A DNA stretch of 64,000 nt, from NCBI RefSeq assembly GCF_963921235.1, contig NC_086097.1:95792001-95856000 (forward strand), written 5' to 3'. The notes beneath the pieces were generated by a model, which was not told where the DNA came from, made no database searches, and saw only the letters and a list, made by a program, of their open reading frames with translations. Shown here one piece after another: positions 51,655 to 63,200 of the stretch. The stretch is from Mobula hypostoma (Eukaryota). Numbering within the stretch: position 1 is the stretch's first letter; each line of letters opens with the position of its first letter. The translations under genes and the position numbers were made by a program.

Positions 51655-52450
51655 TCAGAATCAGGTTTAATATCACTGGTATATGTGGTGAAATTTGTCC
51701 ACTTTGTGACAGCAGTACAATACAATTCATAATAATATAGAAAACAACTGTGAATTACAGTAAATATATATGTAATAGTTGAATTAAATAAGTAGCACAA
51801 AAACAGTACTGAGTTTTGGGTTCAATGTCCGTTCAGGATGGCAAAGGGGAAGAAGCTGTTCCTGAATCATTGAGTGTGTATCTTCAGGCTTCTGTCCCTT
51901 CTTCCGGATGGCAGAAATGAGAAGAGGGCATGTCCTGGGTCGTGGGGGTCCTTAATGATGGACGCCGCCTTCTTGAGGCAGCGCTCCTTGAAGATTCAAA
52001 GGTTCATTTATTATCTACGCATACAATCTGAGATTCTTCTTCTCCAGATAGCCATGAAACCAAGAAAAAAAGAGCAGCAGAACGATCATCAACACCCCCA
52101 CCAATCGCCCCGCCCATACACAAAAAAACCTTAACAAAAACAGAACAGGAACATCAACCCCATGATGGGGCTGACTAATTTTATAACGCTCTGCAGTTTA
52201 CTTTGATCCTGTGCAGTAGCACCCCCTAAACCTGCCCCCCCCCACCTTCATACCAGACAGTGTTGCAGCCAGTTAGAATGCTCTCCACAGTTCATTGGTA
52301 CATCTGTAGAAATTTGCGAGTGTTTTCAGTGACATACCAATCTCCTCAAACTCCTAATGAAATGTAGTAGCTGCCGTGCCTTCTCTATAGCTATATTGAT
52401 ATGTTGAGACCAGGTCAGATCCTCAGAGGTATTAACACCCAGGAACTCAG
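51655..52450 (-). mobile_element. Rex1-type LINE 3' fragment inserted in a V-SINE (SINE head 51555-51650)
   Basis: [36 protein letters not shown]; cagaatcagg tail. Confidence 0.75.
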
Positions 52451-52526
52451 ACTCGGTGACTGAGAGGGTATCTTTAGCATTCCCGTCTCCTCCCACCTCC
52501 CACAGTTCATTCATTAGTGTCAATGT

Positions 52527-53038
52527 TCTCTGGAGAGGGTTCAGAGAAGATTCACTAGAATGACTCTGGGAATGAGAGGGTTAACATATAAGGAACGTTT
52601 GACCGCTCTTGGACTGTACTCCTTGGAGTTTAGAAGAATGAGGGGGGACCTCATAGAAACATTTCGAATGTTGAAAGGAATGGACAGAGTGGATGTGACA
52701 AAGTTGTTTCCCATGGTGGGGGAGTCTAGTATGAGAGGGCATGACCTAAGGATTGAAGGGCGCCCATTCAGAACAGAGATGCGAAGAAATTTTTTCAGCC
52801 AGACGGTGGTGAATCTGTGGAATTTGTTGCCACGGGTGGCAGTGGAGGTCAAGTCATTGGGTGTATTTAAGGCAGAGATTGATAGGTATCTGAGTAACCA
52901 GGGCATCAAAGGTTATGGTGAGAAGGTGGGGGAGTGGGACTAAATGGGAGATTGGATCAGCTCAAGATAGAATGGCGGAGCAGACTTGATGGGCCGAATG
53001 GCCGACGTCTGCTCCTTTGTCTTATGGTCTTATGGTCT
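52527..53038 (+). mobile_element. Young CR1 3' fragment
   Basis: ORF 52560-52943: GLYSLEFRRMRGDLIETF..FFSQTVVNLWNLLP; (tcttatgg)n tail. Confidence 0.9.
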
Positions 53039-53499
53039 AAATTGCTCCCAGTGTGTGGGTGAGTTATTGAATTAGTGGGATTGAGGGGGGCAGTTGCTGG
53101 GAGTGAGGAAAGTAAAGGTTACAGGAAAAATCTGTGGGAAATAGGGTTGCTCTGTGAGCCAGCTTAGACTCGATCTGTCAAAATGGCCTCCTTCAATGTT
53201 GTATGGAAATGTGAATGAGTTGCTTCGATGTACAACACTGAGGAGCAGCAGCAAGCTTTGGACATGCAGGAGGAAGTGTGTGGATGATCCCAACAAGAAG
53301 GGAAAGAAAAAAAAGGTGATGAAGCCATTGCAAGCTCATGTATGTGTTACCCAAGTAATGTAAGCTTCATTCACATTACGGCAGTGCAGGAGCATCAGGA
53401 GCACATGAAGCAACTTCTCCTGGCCCATCTCCTACTGTTACTGACAGCAGAGAAGGTTTGCAAATAGCTAATCACTTCACACTGATCCACTTCTGTTTG

Positions 53500-53800
53500 T
53501 TTATTTATTTATATTTAGTGACACAGTGCAGAGTGGGCCCTTCTGGCCCTACAAGACACACTGCCCCAGCAACCCCGACAACCCTGATTAACTCTAACCT
53601 AATCATGAGACAGTTTCCAATGACCAACTAACCTACCCGACACGTCTTTGGACTGTGGGACACCCAGGGAAGAGCCACCTTCCACGGGGAGGACATACAG
53701 AGACTCCCTACAGAACGGCGCCGGAATTGAACTCTGAACGCTGGAACACCCCAAGCTGTAATAGGGTCATGGTAACCGCCATGCTACTGTGGCACCCACA
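53500..53800 (-). mobile_element. V-SINE/HE1-type SINE
   Basis: Minus-strand head gggtgccacagtagcatggcggttacc...gagttcaattcc and a (taaa)n tail. Similar copies lie at about 24145-24370 and 35170-35430 (minus) and 35735-35920 (plus). Confidence 0.65.
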
Positions 53801-55145
53801 AATTATGTCTGCACTTTAATTTTCAAGTAAGTTTTTAAAAATGGTTTACTGTCCAACAACCAGGACAAATACAAAGTGGTAAAATCTATGTGACTTTAGT
53901 AAAGGAGAGACACATCAGAACACAAGGATTATGTCACTTTATCCATATACATAAGCTATGTTATGTATTTATATTTATTGTGTTACTTTATCATTGTAAT
54001 TATTGTATTCTTTACCTTATTGATTTTTTGTGCTGCTTTGGATTCAGAGTAACAATGATTTCATTCTCCTTTACTCTCGTGTACTGGAAATGACATTGAA
54101 CAATCTTGAATCTTGAATTCAAGCAAGAGCAATCCAGTCAACCCTTTGTGCCTTCTCCACACTCAATATGATCAATGTCACTTTACTACCTTTGAATCCT
54201 GTAATATTCCAAAAATCTATTGATCTCTGTCTTGAACCTGCTCAGCAATTGAACCCGTACAGGACACGATTAGGGAATTCTAAAGCTCTGCTACCCTCTC
54301 GACGGAAGAAATTTCATCTTCTCTCACCCCTGAATGGCTGTTTTCTTATTTTGAGACTGTGACACCTGTTTCTATACACCCCACTCAGGAAAACGTCACC
54401 CTTGCATCTTCTCTGCCAAGTTGTGTAAACATTGTGTATGCTTCAATGATGTTTCTGCATTGAAAGTCTGCTTATCGTTTACTCATGGGTCAGTCCCACC
54501 CCCACTTACCTCCCCATTTCATCTTTAGTTGCACTTCGTCAATTGCAAAAACATCTTTTTGGCAACAGATACCCAATTCCATCCATACTCTGGGTGCAAA
54601 ACTTCTTTTTCAGATCCTTTCTAAATCTCTGATACCTTACATTAAATCAATGCTTTTTAGTCTGATACATTTCTAATATGGATAAATCTTTCCTACCGCC
54701 TGTGCTTCTCATTATTCTGTATGCCTCATATATATCCCCTCCTGTTTCATTCACTTCAAAGCAAACTTCTCCCTTCCTAAGTAAACCCACCATCTCAAGC
54801 ACTCATGGTAAATTTATTCTTTCAAGAGTAATCATGTTCTTCCTATTGCATTGCAGCCAAAATAGCACACTGTACTGTATTCCTACTACTGGCTAACTAA
54901 TGTTTTATGCAGCTGTACCACAATTTCTCTGCTCTTGTAATCTATACCCCCAGATAATGAAGGCAAACATCTCCCATGCCTATTTACTACCTCATCAACC
55001 TGTACTGCCACCTTCAGGGATCCATGGACTTGGACACCTCAGCCAAAGTCAAAATTGAGTTTATTGTCAAATGCACAAATACAGGTATGCACAGGTGCAA
55101 CAAAAAACATACTTGCAGTAACATCACAGGCACATAGCTTCATAT

Positions 55146-56020
55146 AACTTTATGCTTTATACTTTATTGTCGCCAAACAATTGATACTAGAACGTACAAT
55201 CATCACGGCGATATTTGATTCTGCGCTTCCCACTCCCGGATTACAAATCGATAGCAAATACTAAAAATTTAAATTATAAATCATAAGTAGAAAACAGAAA
55301 AATGGGAAGTAAGGTAGTGCAAAAAAACCGAGAGGCAGGTCTGGATATTTGGAGGGTACGGCCCAGATCCGGGTCAGGATCCGTTCAGCAGTCTTATCAC
55401 AGTTGGAAAGAAGCAGTTCCCAAATCTGGCCGTACGAGTCTTCAAGCTCCTGAGCCTTCTCCCGGAGGGAAGAGGGACGAGAAGTGTGTTGGCTGGGTGG
55501 GTCATGTCCTTGATTATCCTGGCAGCACTGCTCCGACAGTGTGCGGTGTAAAGTGAGTCCAAGGACAGAAGATTGGTTTGTGCGATGTGCTGGGCTGTGT
55601 TCACGATCTTCTGCAGCTTCTTCCGGTCTTGGACAGGACAACTTCCATACCAGGTTGTGATGCACCCTAGAAGAATGCTTTCTACGGTGCATCTATAAAA
55701 ATTAGTGAGGGTTTTAGGGGATAGGCCAAATTTCTTTAGTTTTCTCAGGAAGTAAAGGCACTGGTGGGCTTTCTTGGCAGTGGACTCTGCTTGGTTGGAC
55801 CAAGTCAGGTCATTTGTGATATTGACCCTGAGGAACTTAAAGCTTTTGACCTGTTCCACTTGCGCACCACCGATGTAAATTGGATCATGCGGTCCGCTAC
55901 TCCTTCTGAAGTCAACAACAAATTCCTTTGTCTTGCTGACATTGAGGGATAGGTTATTGTCTTCGCACCATGCCACCAGGTTCTTAATTTCCTCTCTGTA
56001 CTCAAACTCATCATTACTCA
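55146..56020 (-). mobile_element. Young Rex1-type LINE 3' fragment
   Basis: Open ORF 55374-56039 ([43 protein letters not shown]); (ataaagt)n tail. Confidence 0.92.
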
Positions 56021-56360
56021 CCATGTAAGCAGCATTCACAAGAAAAACATAAATTATACAACATTTTTATAATTTCAAGAATTGAATAGCTGAAGGAAAA
56101 TAGCTTTTCTTGAATTTGGTGAACCTGTGGTCCCTCTGTTCCTCAATATTCCATAGGGCCCTACCATTTATTGTGCATATCATAGCTTTATTACTCCTCT
56201 CAGAATGCATCTCCTCTTTGGTAGGGCTATCATGACCCTCTCATGACTGCATCTTCCCCTTTAAGTCCTACATCATCCTAATTTGCAAATATCACTCTGT
56301 TTCTTTCACAACTGACAATGCCTGTCTTGCTGAGTAACCCAGACATCCCACCCTGCAAAA

Positions 56361-56559
56361 CAACAGGAATTCTGCAGATGCTAGAAATTCAAGCAACACA
56401 CATCAAAGTTGCTGGTGAATGCAGCAGGCCAGGCAGCATCTCTAGGAAGAGGTACAGTCGACGTTTCAGGCCGAGACCCTTCGTCAGGACTGAAGCGTCG
56501 ACTGTACCTCTTCCTAGAGATGCTGCTTGGCCTGCTGCGTTCACCAGCAACTTTGATGT
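56361..56559. mobile_element. PLE-derived hairpin element with a 13-bp TSD, nested in the hAT-like element
   Basis: TSD ccaccctgcaaaa at 56348-56360 and 56560-56572; near-perfect ~64-bp inverted arms at 56400-56463 and 56496-56559. Confidence 0.88.
56455..56492 (-). ncRNA. Minimal type I hammerhead ribozyme motif (PLE-type), intact core
   Basis: The minus strand reads CAGUC-CUGACGA-AGG-GUCUCGG-CCU-GAAA-C-GUC^GACUG: a 5-bp stem I, the conserved CUGANGA and GAAA, a 3-bp stem II, a palindromic ACGU in place of stem III, and a GUC cleavage triplet. Confidence 0.75.
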
Positions 56560-58379
56560 CCACCCTGCAAAAACTCATTTCACAGAGATAGCACCATCAA
56601 TTTGCGAGAGACTCCCGGAACTTCCGGGAGAGGTGGGATGTTTGCAATGGAGTAGCTCCTTAGCAGCTAGCCAGCTAGTTTAAATAATGTTAGCTATGCT
56701 AATGAATGAATGACACCCGTTAAACTCACCTCAACATGTCTTTTATAGTCCTAACCCACCATGGGCAATAGAAAAGTCACTGTTGCAAACAGTGCAGGGA
56801 ACAACACTGTCATTATTTTTGACCCCTATTAGGCAGGGGTACACTTTAGTGGAGTCTGGGGTGACGTACGTTTTATATTTTCTTTTTTTGGAACACTCTG
56901 CCATGGCGCGCTCTCGCTCGCTCTCTCTTGCGGTTTCTCTCGCTCTCGCGCTCTCTCTGTCTCTCGTGCTCTCTCTGTCTCTCTCTCTGTCTCTCGCTCT
57001 CTGTCTGTCTTTCTCTCTCGCTCTCTCTCTCCAAAAAATTGATTTCCAGGACATTGTATATAATTTGCGGGCATCAGGGAGCCACTATTAATATGTGGGA
57101 GACTCCCACAACTTCTGGGAGAGGTGGGATGTCTGGTAACCCGAGTGCTATTTTTCTTCTCCTTCTGTATATTTGCTTTTCTCGTTCCTTTTTCTCTTTT
57201 TATCTCCCTTCAACTGGCCCAAATCCTGGGGTGAGAGGGCTGTCCTATCAAGATAGTAATGATAGTAATGACTTCTGCTAGCATATGCATTCAAATCTTT
57301 AGCAATGGAGTGGGACCAATATCATTTGAGAAGGGGGGGTTAACGTATAATTTTCTGAAGGGGAAAATAACTAGCCCATGCAAGGTACAAAAACTTTGTA
57401 CTATTGGGGCAGAGTGTAGTGAAATGGCTTTGGGGTTGCTGAATAGTACTGGCTAGTCAGATCTGGGGGTATGACTGCTGAGAAAGAAAGAAAACGCTGA
57501 TTGGAGGGTTTGGGTGCTAGAAATCCAAGATGAGGTTGTTGGATAAAATTGTACAAAGTTATGTTTTTGAAAGTAAAATTTGTGATTAAGACTTATGATC
57601 AAGTGTGAAATAGCCATGACTCAGCTTAGTTCAGGTATCAAAGAAATCTTGCCATCTCTGCACTGTTACTTTACCAGTTTGCCTTTCCCCAAACCTTAAC
57701 TATGGGCCTCAACTGTAGCCCTGCTGTGACCTGGAGCAGGAGGCAGATAAGAGACATCTCTTAGTCATGTACAAATGTTTGGTTAAATCTTTCAGCTCAA
57801 CAGAGAATTACAATGTACGCTTTTCCCTTTTTGGACTTGGTAAATTTGCCACAGCAGAGGATAAGAACTACAATTCCCAGAGTGCCATGCTTGTTGCCGG
57901 GGACGAGTTGCTAACTTTTGGTTGCCCTGTCAACAAAGGCGTCCAGGATCCAGACAGTCCCACAGGCCCGGAGGTGGAAGGAAACTCTTACACCCTAAAA
58001 GGGACCAAATACTCACACCGTTTAAAAACACATAACGGTAAAGATTCATTTAAAATATTTCAACTTATATTTTATGGAAATTATTTTATAGTTTTTGGAA
58101 ATTATCTTAGTTGGTCTTTAAAGTAATTTGATGTTGGAGTTATTTAAAAGGTAAGTTGGTTTGAAAGCAAAGTCTGATCGTGTTTATTGCTGAGCTAGCA
58201 ATAAAAGCTAGTACTGTTTTCTACCACAGTATTTTGTGGGTTAAACAGTCAAAATGTAATTGGCAATTGGTTGTATTGAATGTAATTTGTTGGTGTTGCA
58301 ATAAAAAATTAATAATAAAGAAAAAAGGTTAAGATTCCACAATATTGAGATACTCAGTTTTATTGAAAATTTTTTAAAA

Positions 58380-58580
58380 ATAGAAAATGCTGGAAACACT
58401 CAGCAGATCAGGCAACATCGGGAGGGAGAGAGAGAGAAAGATTTGTGATAAAAGGCCGTCGACCTGAAGTATTAATTTTCTTTCTTAGATTCATCACAGA
58501 TGCTGCCTGATCTGCTGAATGCTTGTCATTTTATGTTTTTTTTTAAATTTTGGATTTATAGCATCTGAAGATTTTATTTT
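58380..58580. mobile_element. Old PLE-derived hairpin element
   Basis: Inverted arms aaaatgctggaaacactcagcagatcaggcaacatc / gatgctgcctgatctgctgaatgcttgtcatttt. Confidence 0.6.
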
Positions 58581-58878
58581 GCTTTTTCATAAAGCTTATT
58601 TTTTTTTTGCTTGAAGGTCTAACATTGCTCATGATACCCAAGGAGAATACCTCTATATTCTGCTAAGGGGTTCTTTTATATTTAGCCGTGGTGGAGGGAT
58701 GAGTGGGATGTGCAGCTGGATACACAGTTTAACATTTTGTGTAAAAAAAACGCTTTCCTTACTCTATACAATGATCTGGAAATTATAGAATACTTTTATA
58801 TCCCTTTTTGACTGTGGGCTTATTACAAATGAGCTGCCTTTATTAAATTTAAAAAAATATATATATTTATATTAAATA

Positions 58879-59282
58879 CACACACTGCTGTGCAAAAGTC
58901 TTAGGCACCCTAGATTTTTTATATGGTTTCAAATGGTATGACCCTGATCTCAACGTCATCAAGGCTATCTGGAGAGACAAAATCAAGCAAGACAGCCAAA
59001 TTTTGCAGAAGTACTGTGGCAAGTTCTCCAAGATGCTATGAACAACCTATCAGCTGTTTCTCTTGTAAAACTGCACAACAGTGTACCTAAGGGAACAGAT
59101 GCAGTTTTGAAGGCAAAAGGTGACCATACCAAGTATTGATTTGATTTAGTTTTATACTGATTACTGCTCTTTATAGTAAATATTATGATATTTAGAAACT
59201 TTTTATTTCATTATTTTTGAAAGCATCTTCACTTTACAGATTTTTATTTATAAATTTGCCTAAGACTTTTGAACAGAGTGTG
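58879..59282 (+). mobile_element. Internally deleted Tc1 transposon
   Basis: TA-flanked TIRs cactgctgtgcaaaagtcttaggca / tgcctaagacttttgaacagagtg; Tc1 C-terminus PDLNVI..LWQVLQDA..AVLKAKGDHTKY*. Confidence 0.8.
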
Positions 59283-59314
59283 TACACACACACACACACA
59301 CACACACTCACTCA

Positions 59315-60873
59315 CTCTTCTTCAGTTGTTCATCGAAATCCGATGACGACGTCTACGCCTTTAACGGTGAGATCTTTGATGACTATACAGTCCCATCCTG
59401 GACCCACATGCTCTATTGCTCTATGTAGTAGTGGTGGCAACCATGGCTGCATCTCTCCTGGCTCTCTTCTGCTGTCTTCTGGTTGTTCTTTCCATCTCCA
59501 GAATACGAACCTCATCCCTACACAGCTGTCGCCACGTGGTACGGTCAGCAGCAACATCCTCCAGGTCCTCGGGTCTGATCTTGCACTTCCTTAAAGCAAT
59601 CTTCATCTAATCCTTAAAGCGTTTCTTTGGCCCTCCAGCTGAGCATCAGCCATGATGTAGCTGGCCGTATAATACTCTGCAGGGTAGCCGACATGGGGGC
59701 ATCCTTATCACATGCTCCAGCCACTGCAGCTGACGCTGGGTGATCATGGCCTCAATACTTCTGCAGTTGGTCTTTACAAGTATTTCAGTGTGAGGCACCC
59801 ACTCATGCCAGGTAATTCCCAGGATGCACTGGAGGCAGCTTATGTGGAAGCGCTCCAAGGACTTGATGTGACGACTGTAGGTTACCCAAGCTTCACAGCT
59901 ATAAAGGAGGGTGGTGACACAGACCGGTTGGTATACGGCGACCTTTGTGGAGGGACGAAGGCTCCTGTTCTGAAAGACTCTATGCCGAAGTCTCCCAAAG
60001 GCAGCTGATGCCTGCTTAATGCGGCTCTGGGTGTTGTTGTCAATGCCGCTATCCTCAGAGAGAATGCTCCCCAGATATTTGAAAGATGGCACTACTGACA
60101 GCTTTTCATCACCAACGGTGAAGGCAGGACACTGGTACTCCTTTGGCAAACCACTTCTGTCTTGATGGTATTGACAGTCAGCCCCATCCTGCTGTGCGCT
60201 CTCACCGCCACAGCAAGGACAGTCTGAAGATCCTCTGGAGTATGGGCCACAAGAGCACAGTCGTCTGCATACTGCAGCTCCAGGACCCATTCTCTATGGA
60301 GTTCGGTGGTTGCATGGAGCCTCCTGATGTCAAAGAGGTTGCCATCTAATCTGACGTCCACTGCCATGCCGCTACTGTCTTCAATCTCGTTGTGGAGAAG
60401 CTTGGTAACACACAAAAGAAAGATGTTAAAGAGCACTGATGCTAGCACACGCCCCTGCCTCACCCCTGTGCATACAAGGAAGGGCTTGGACTGTTGTCCT
60501 CCTATGGTCACCCGAGCAGTCATCCCATCGTGGAACTGGCGGATGATGTTAAACAAATTTATTGGGACTGCCAAACCTAAGGAGGACATCCCATAAGAGC
60601 TCTCTTTGCACAGTGTCAAATGCTTTGGAGAGGTCAACAAAGGACATAAACAGGTCCTGATGTTGCTCTTGGCACTTTTCCTGAAGCTGCAGGGCTGTGA
60701 GGATTACGTCGACCGTGCTCCTGTTCTTCCTAAATCCACACTGTGATTCAGGCAGCATTGACTTGGTGATGTTGCTGATGAGTCTCTGAAGCATCACCTT
60801 AGCCAGGACCTTTCCAGCAACAGAAAAGAGTGATATGCCCCTACTATGGCCACAGATGGCCTTGTCACCCTTG
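59315..60873 (-). mobile_element. RTE-clade LINE (RT and C-terminus), 5'-truncated
   Basis: RGISLFSVAGKVLAKV..PESQCGFRKNRST..FVDLSKAFDTV..GVRQGRVLASVLFNIF..LQYADDCAL..FKYLGS..RIKQASAAFGRL; (gaa)n tail; microsatellites on both sides. Confidence 0.92.
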
Positions 60874-60907
60874 TCTGTCTGTCTGTCTCTCTCTCTCACA
60901 CACACAC

Positions 60908-61732
60908 ACAATAATTCTGGTTAATTGGGCCATCAGTGAATCAGGGCAGCCGCTTATTTGGGACAACTCTTAAAGAACAAATACTAATTGAGAAAATAAA
61001 TGTGATTCCCTTTGTTTATTTGGGGCATTATGCTGCTTAATTGGAGCTGAGATTGCTGCCGAACAGTTTCTAATGTCAGTCACGTGCAATTGTGTGGCCG
61101 TTAGACACTACACCGTGCTTAGAATGAACAGTTTTTAAATAGCATCAGTTGCACATGTTTGTGTTCAAAAAACAGTGATTTTTGTCACTGATAGTTGGCG
61201 AGAAATAAGCGATTTTACAATTCATAACTGTTTTGCTCACTGTGGTTTCAAGCATTCAGGCCTGGAAATGCCAGAAACGGGCCGGAGTGAAAATGAAAAG
61301 ATTTCACTACTTCAGCAAGTTAGAAACTAAAAAGAATTTGAAGGTATTGACAATCATCTTGGATGTTACAATGAAGATGAAAATTTGGAGGATGCAGTCG
61401 TCCAAAGCATTGTATGAAGGTCGTCCATTATCTGCGCTGATTTTATTCATTTACAGTTAATCAAAAGAACATGGTAGCGTACGCTGGATGAATTCCTCTG
61501 TTGAATGCTGTTAGGAACTAATACACCATTTTATGGTTCTGTAGTATTATTAGTAGTGTTCTCAATTGTTCTGTATTTCATTTAAATGCATAATTTGTTA
61601 CTCAATTAAATAGTAGTTTGTCTTTTTTTTAACCTATTTTAACTATTTCTATGAAGATTTGGCAAATTGGGACAGCTGCTTAATTGGGCCAAAATGCACT
61701 GTTCCCGATGTGTTCCAGTTAACTGGAATCTT
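60908..61732. mobile_element. Non-autonomous pogo/Tigger-like DNA transposon
   Basis: Inverted ends attctggttaattgg / ccagttaactggaat, with an internal repeat ggcagccgcttatttggg / gacagctgcttaattggg near both ends. Confidence 0.55.
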
Positions 61733-62289
61733 CTCAAATGAGAACAAGTATTGGGGGAGGGAAGATATATTCGTATGTACCTTCCTCGCTGTAATTGGAC
61801 ATCATTGTTTCAATAATACGGGCTGCTAGTAGTGTGGCTGGTGGGTTTTTGCATTGGGTGAGGCCTTGGTTTAGGTGGAGGGAGAATAGCACGTTGCTTT
61901 GAAGTCCATTTTGTACTTGGGAAGGAGTGTTAATGCTTCAGAGGCCCATGTAGGTCTTGGAGATTTAACTGCCTGGAAACTGGTGTCTTGTTGGGATTGC
62001 GAGAAGGCTGCGGATCAGAGTTTTCACTGGAGAGTCAGAGGATTGGAGATACAGCAGTTAGTGAAGGCAGGTCAGGATGGGTAGTTGGAATGATCAGTGT
62101 ACTGATCCCAGGAGTGACCAGCGTGGGGGTGGGTTCTGGGGGGAGGGTGCAATTCAGGGAACTAAAAATCATGACAGGAGAAATTGTGGTGAAGTGAATG
62201 CCTGTTGAATATAGATCTTGTGTTGATTATGGTGAGGACAATGTAATCAGGACATGAAGGATTGAAGATAAATAATGGACTTACCACAA

Positions 62290-63200
62290 TCAAAATTAAG
62301 TTTATTAACACTGACTTACTTGACATGAAATTTGTTGTTTTGTAGTAGCAGTACTGTTGAAAGACTTAAGTTACTATAAATGACAAAATAAACAAACAGT
62401 GAAAAGTTTATGGAATAATGAGGTAGTGTTCATGAATTCATTGACCATTCAGAAATGTTATGGCAAAGGAGAAGGAGCTGTTCCTAAATCGTTGAGTGTA
62501 GGCCTTCATGTTCATGTAGTAATGAGAACAGGGCCTGTCCTGAATGATGAGGGTCCTTAGTGGTGGATGATACATTCTTGAGCTGCCACCTCTTAAAGAT
62601 ATCCTCAATGGTGGGGAAGGTTGGGCCCATAATAAAGCTAGCTTGAGTCTACAACTCTGCAACCTCATGCGCTCTTGTGCACTGGAGTCTCCTTGTCTGC
62701 ATACCAGGTTGTGATGCAACTAGTCAAAATGCTCTCCACCATACATCTATAGAAATTGGCAAGAATCTTCGATGACATGCTAAATCTCCTTGTACTCCTA
62801 ATAAAGTAGAGTTGTTGGTGTACCTTCTCCATGATTGCATCAATGTTTTGGGCCCAGGATGCTGACACCCAGGAACTTGAAGCTGCTCACACTTTGCACT
62901 GCTGACTCCTCATTGAGGACTGGTTTGAGTTCTTTCAACTTCCACTTCCTGCAGTCAATTCCTTGGTCTTGCTGATGTTGAGTGTGAGGTTGTATTTGTG
63001 ACATCATTCAACAAAGTGATCTGTCTCACTTCTGTATGCCTCCTTGTCACCATCTGAGATTTCTGCTAAGGGTGGTGTCATCTGGAAATTTATAGATGCC
63101 ATTTGAGCTGTACCTGGCCACACAGTCATGAATGTAGAGAGAGTAGACAGTGGACTAAGCATACATTCCTGAGGTGTGTCTGTGTTGATTGTCAGGTGTG
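62290..63200 (-). mobile_element. Degraded Rex1-type LINE
   Basis: PQECMLSPL, WAQNIDAIMEKVHQQLYFIRS and NFYRCMVESILTSCITTWY. Confidence 0.8.

Larger units (their letters stand above)
56340..57135 (-). mobile_element. Non-autonomous hAT-like DNA transposon with an apparent 6-bp TSD
   Basis: TIRs cagacatcccacc / ggtgggatgtctg, with gtaacc on both sides. It retains a transposase-like start MAECSKKRKYKTY..CTVCNSDFSIAHGG..KRHVE followed by a gtgagt donor, and contains an internal (CT)n tract. Confidence 0.7.

Noticed and set aside
53220..53450. Purine-rich, exon-like segment (EEQQQALDMQEEV / KKGKKKK)
   Set aside because: In-frame stops, no convincing acceptor-donor pair and no recognisable protein similarity.
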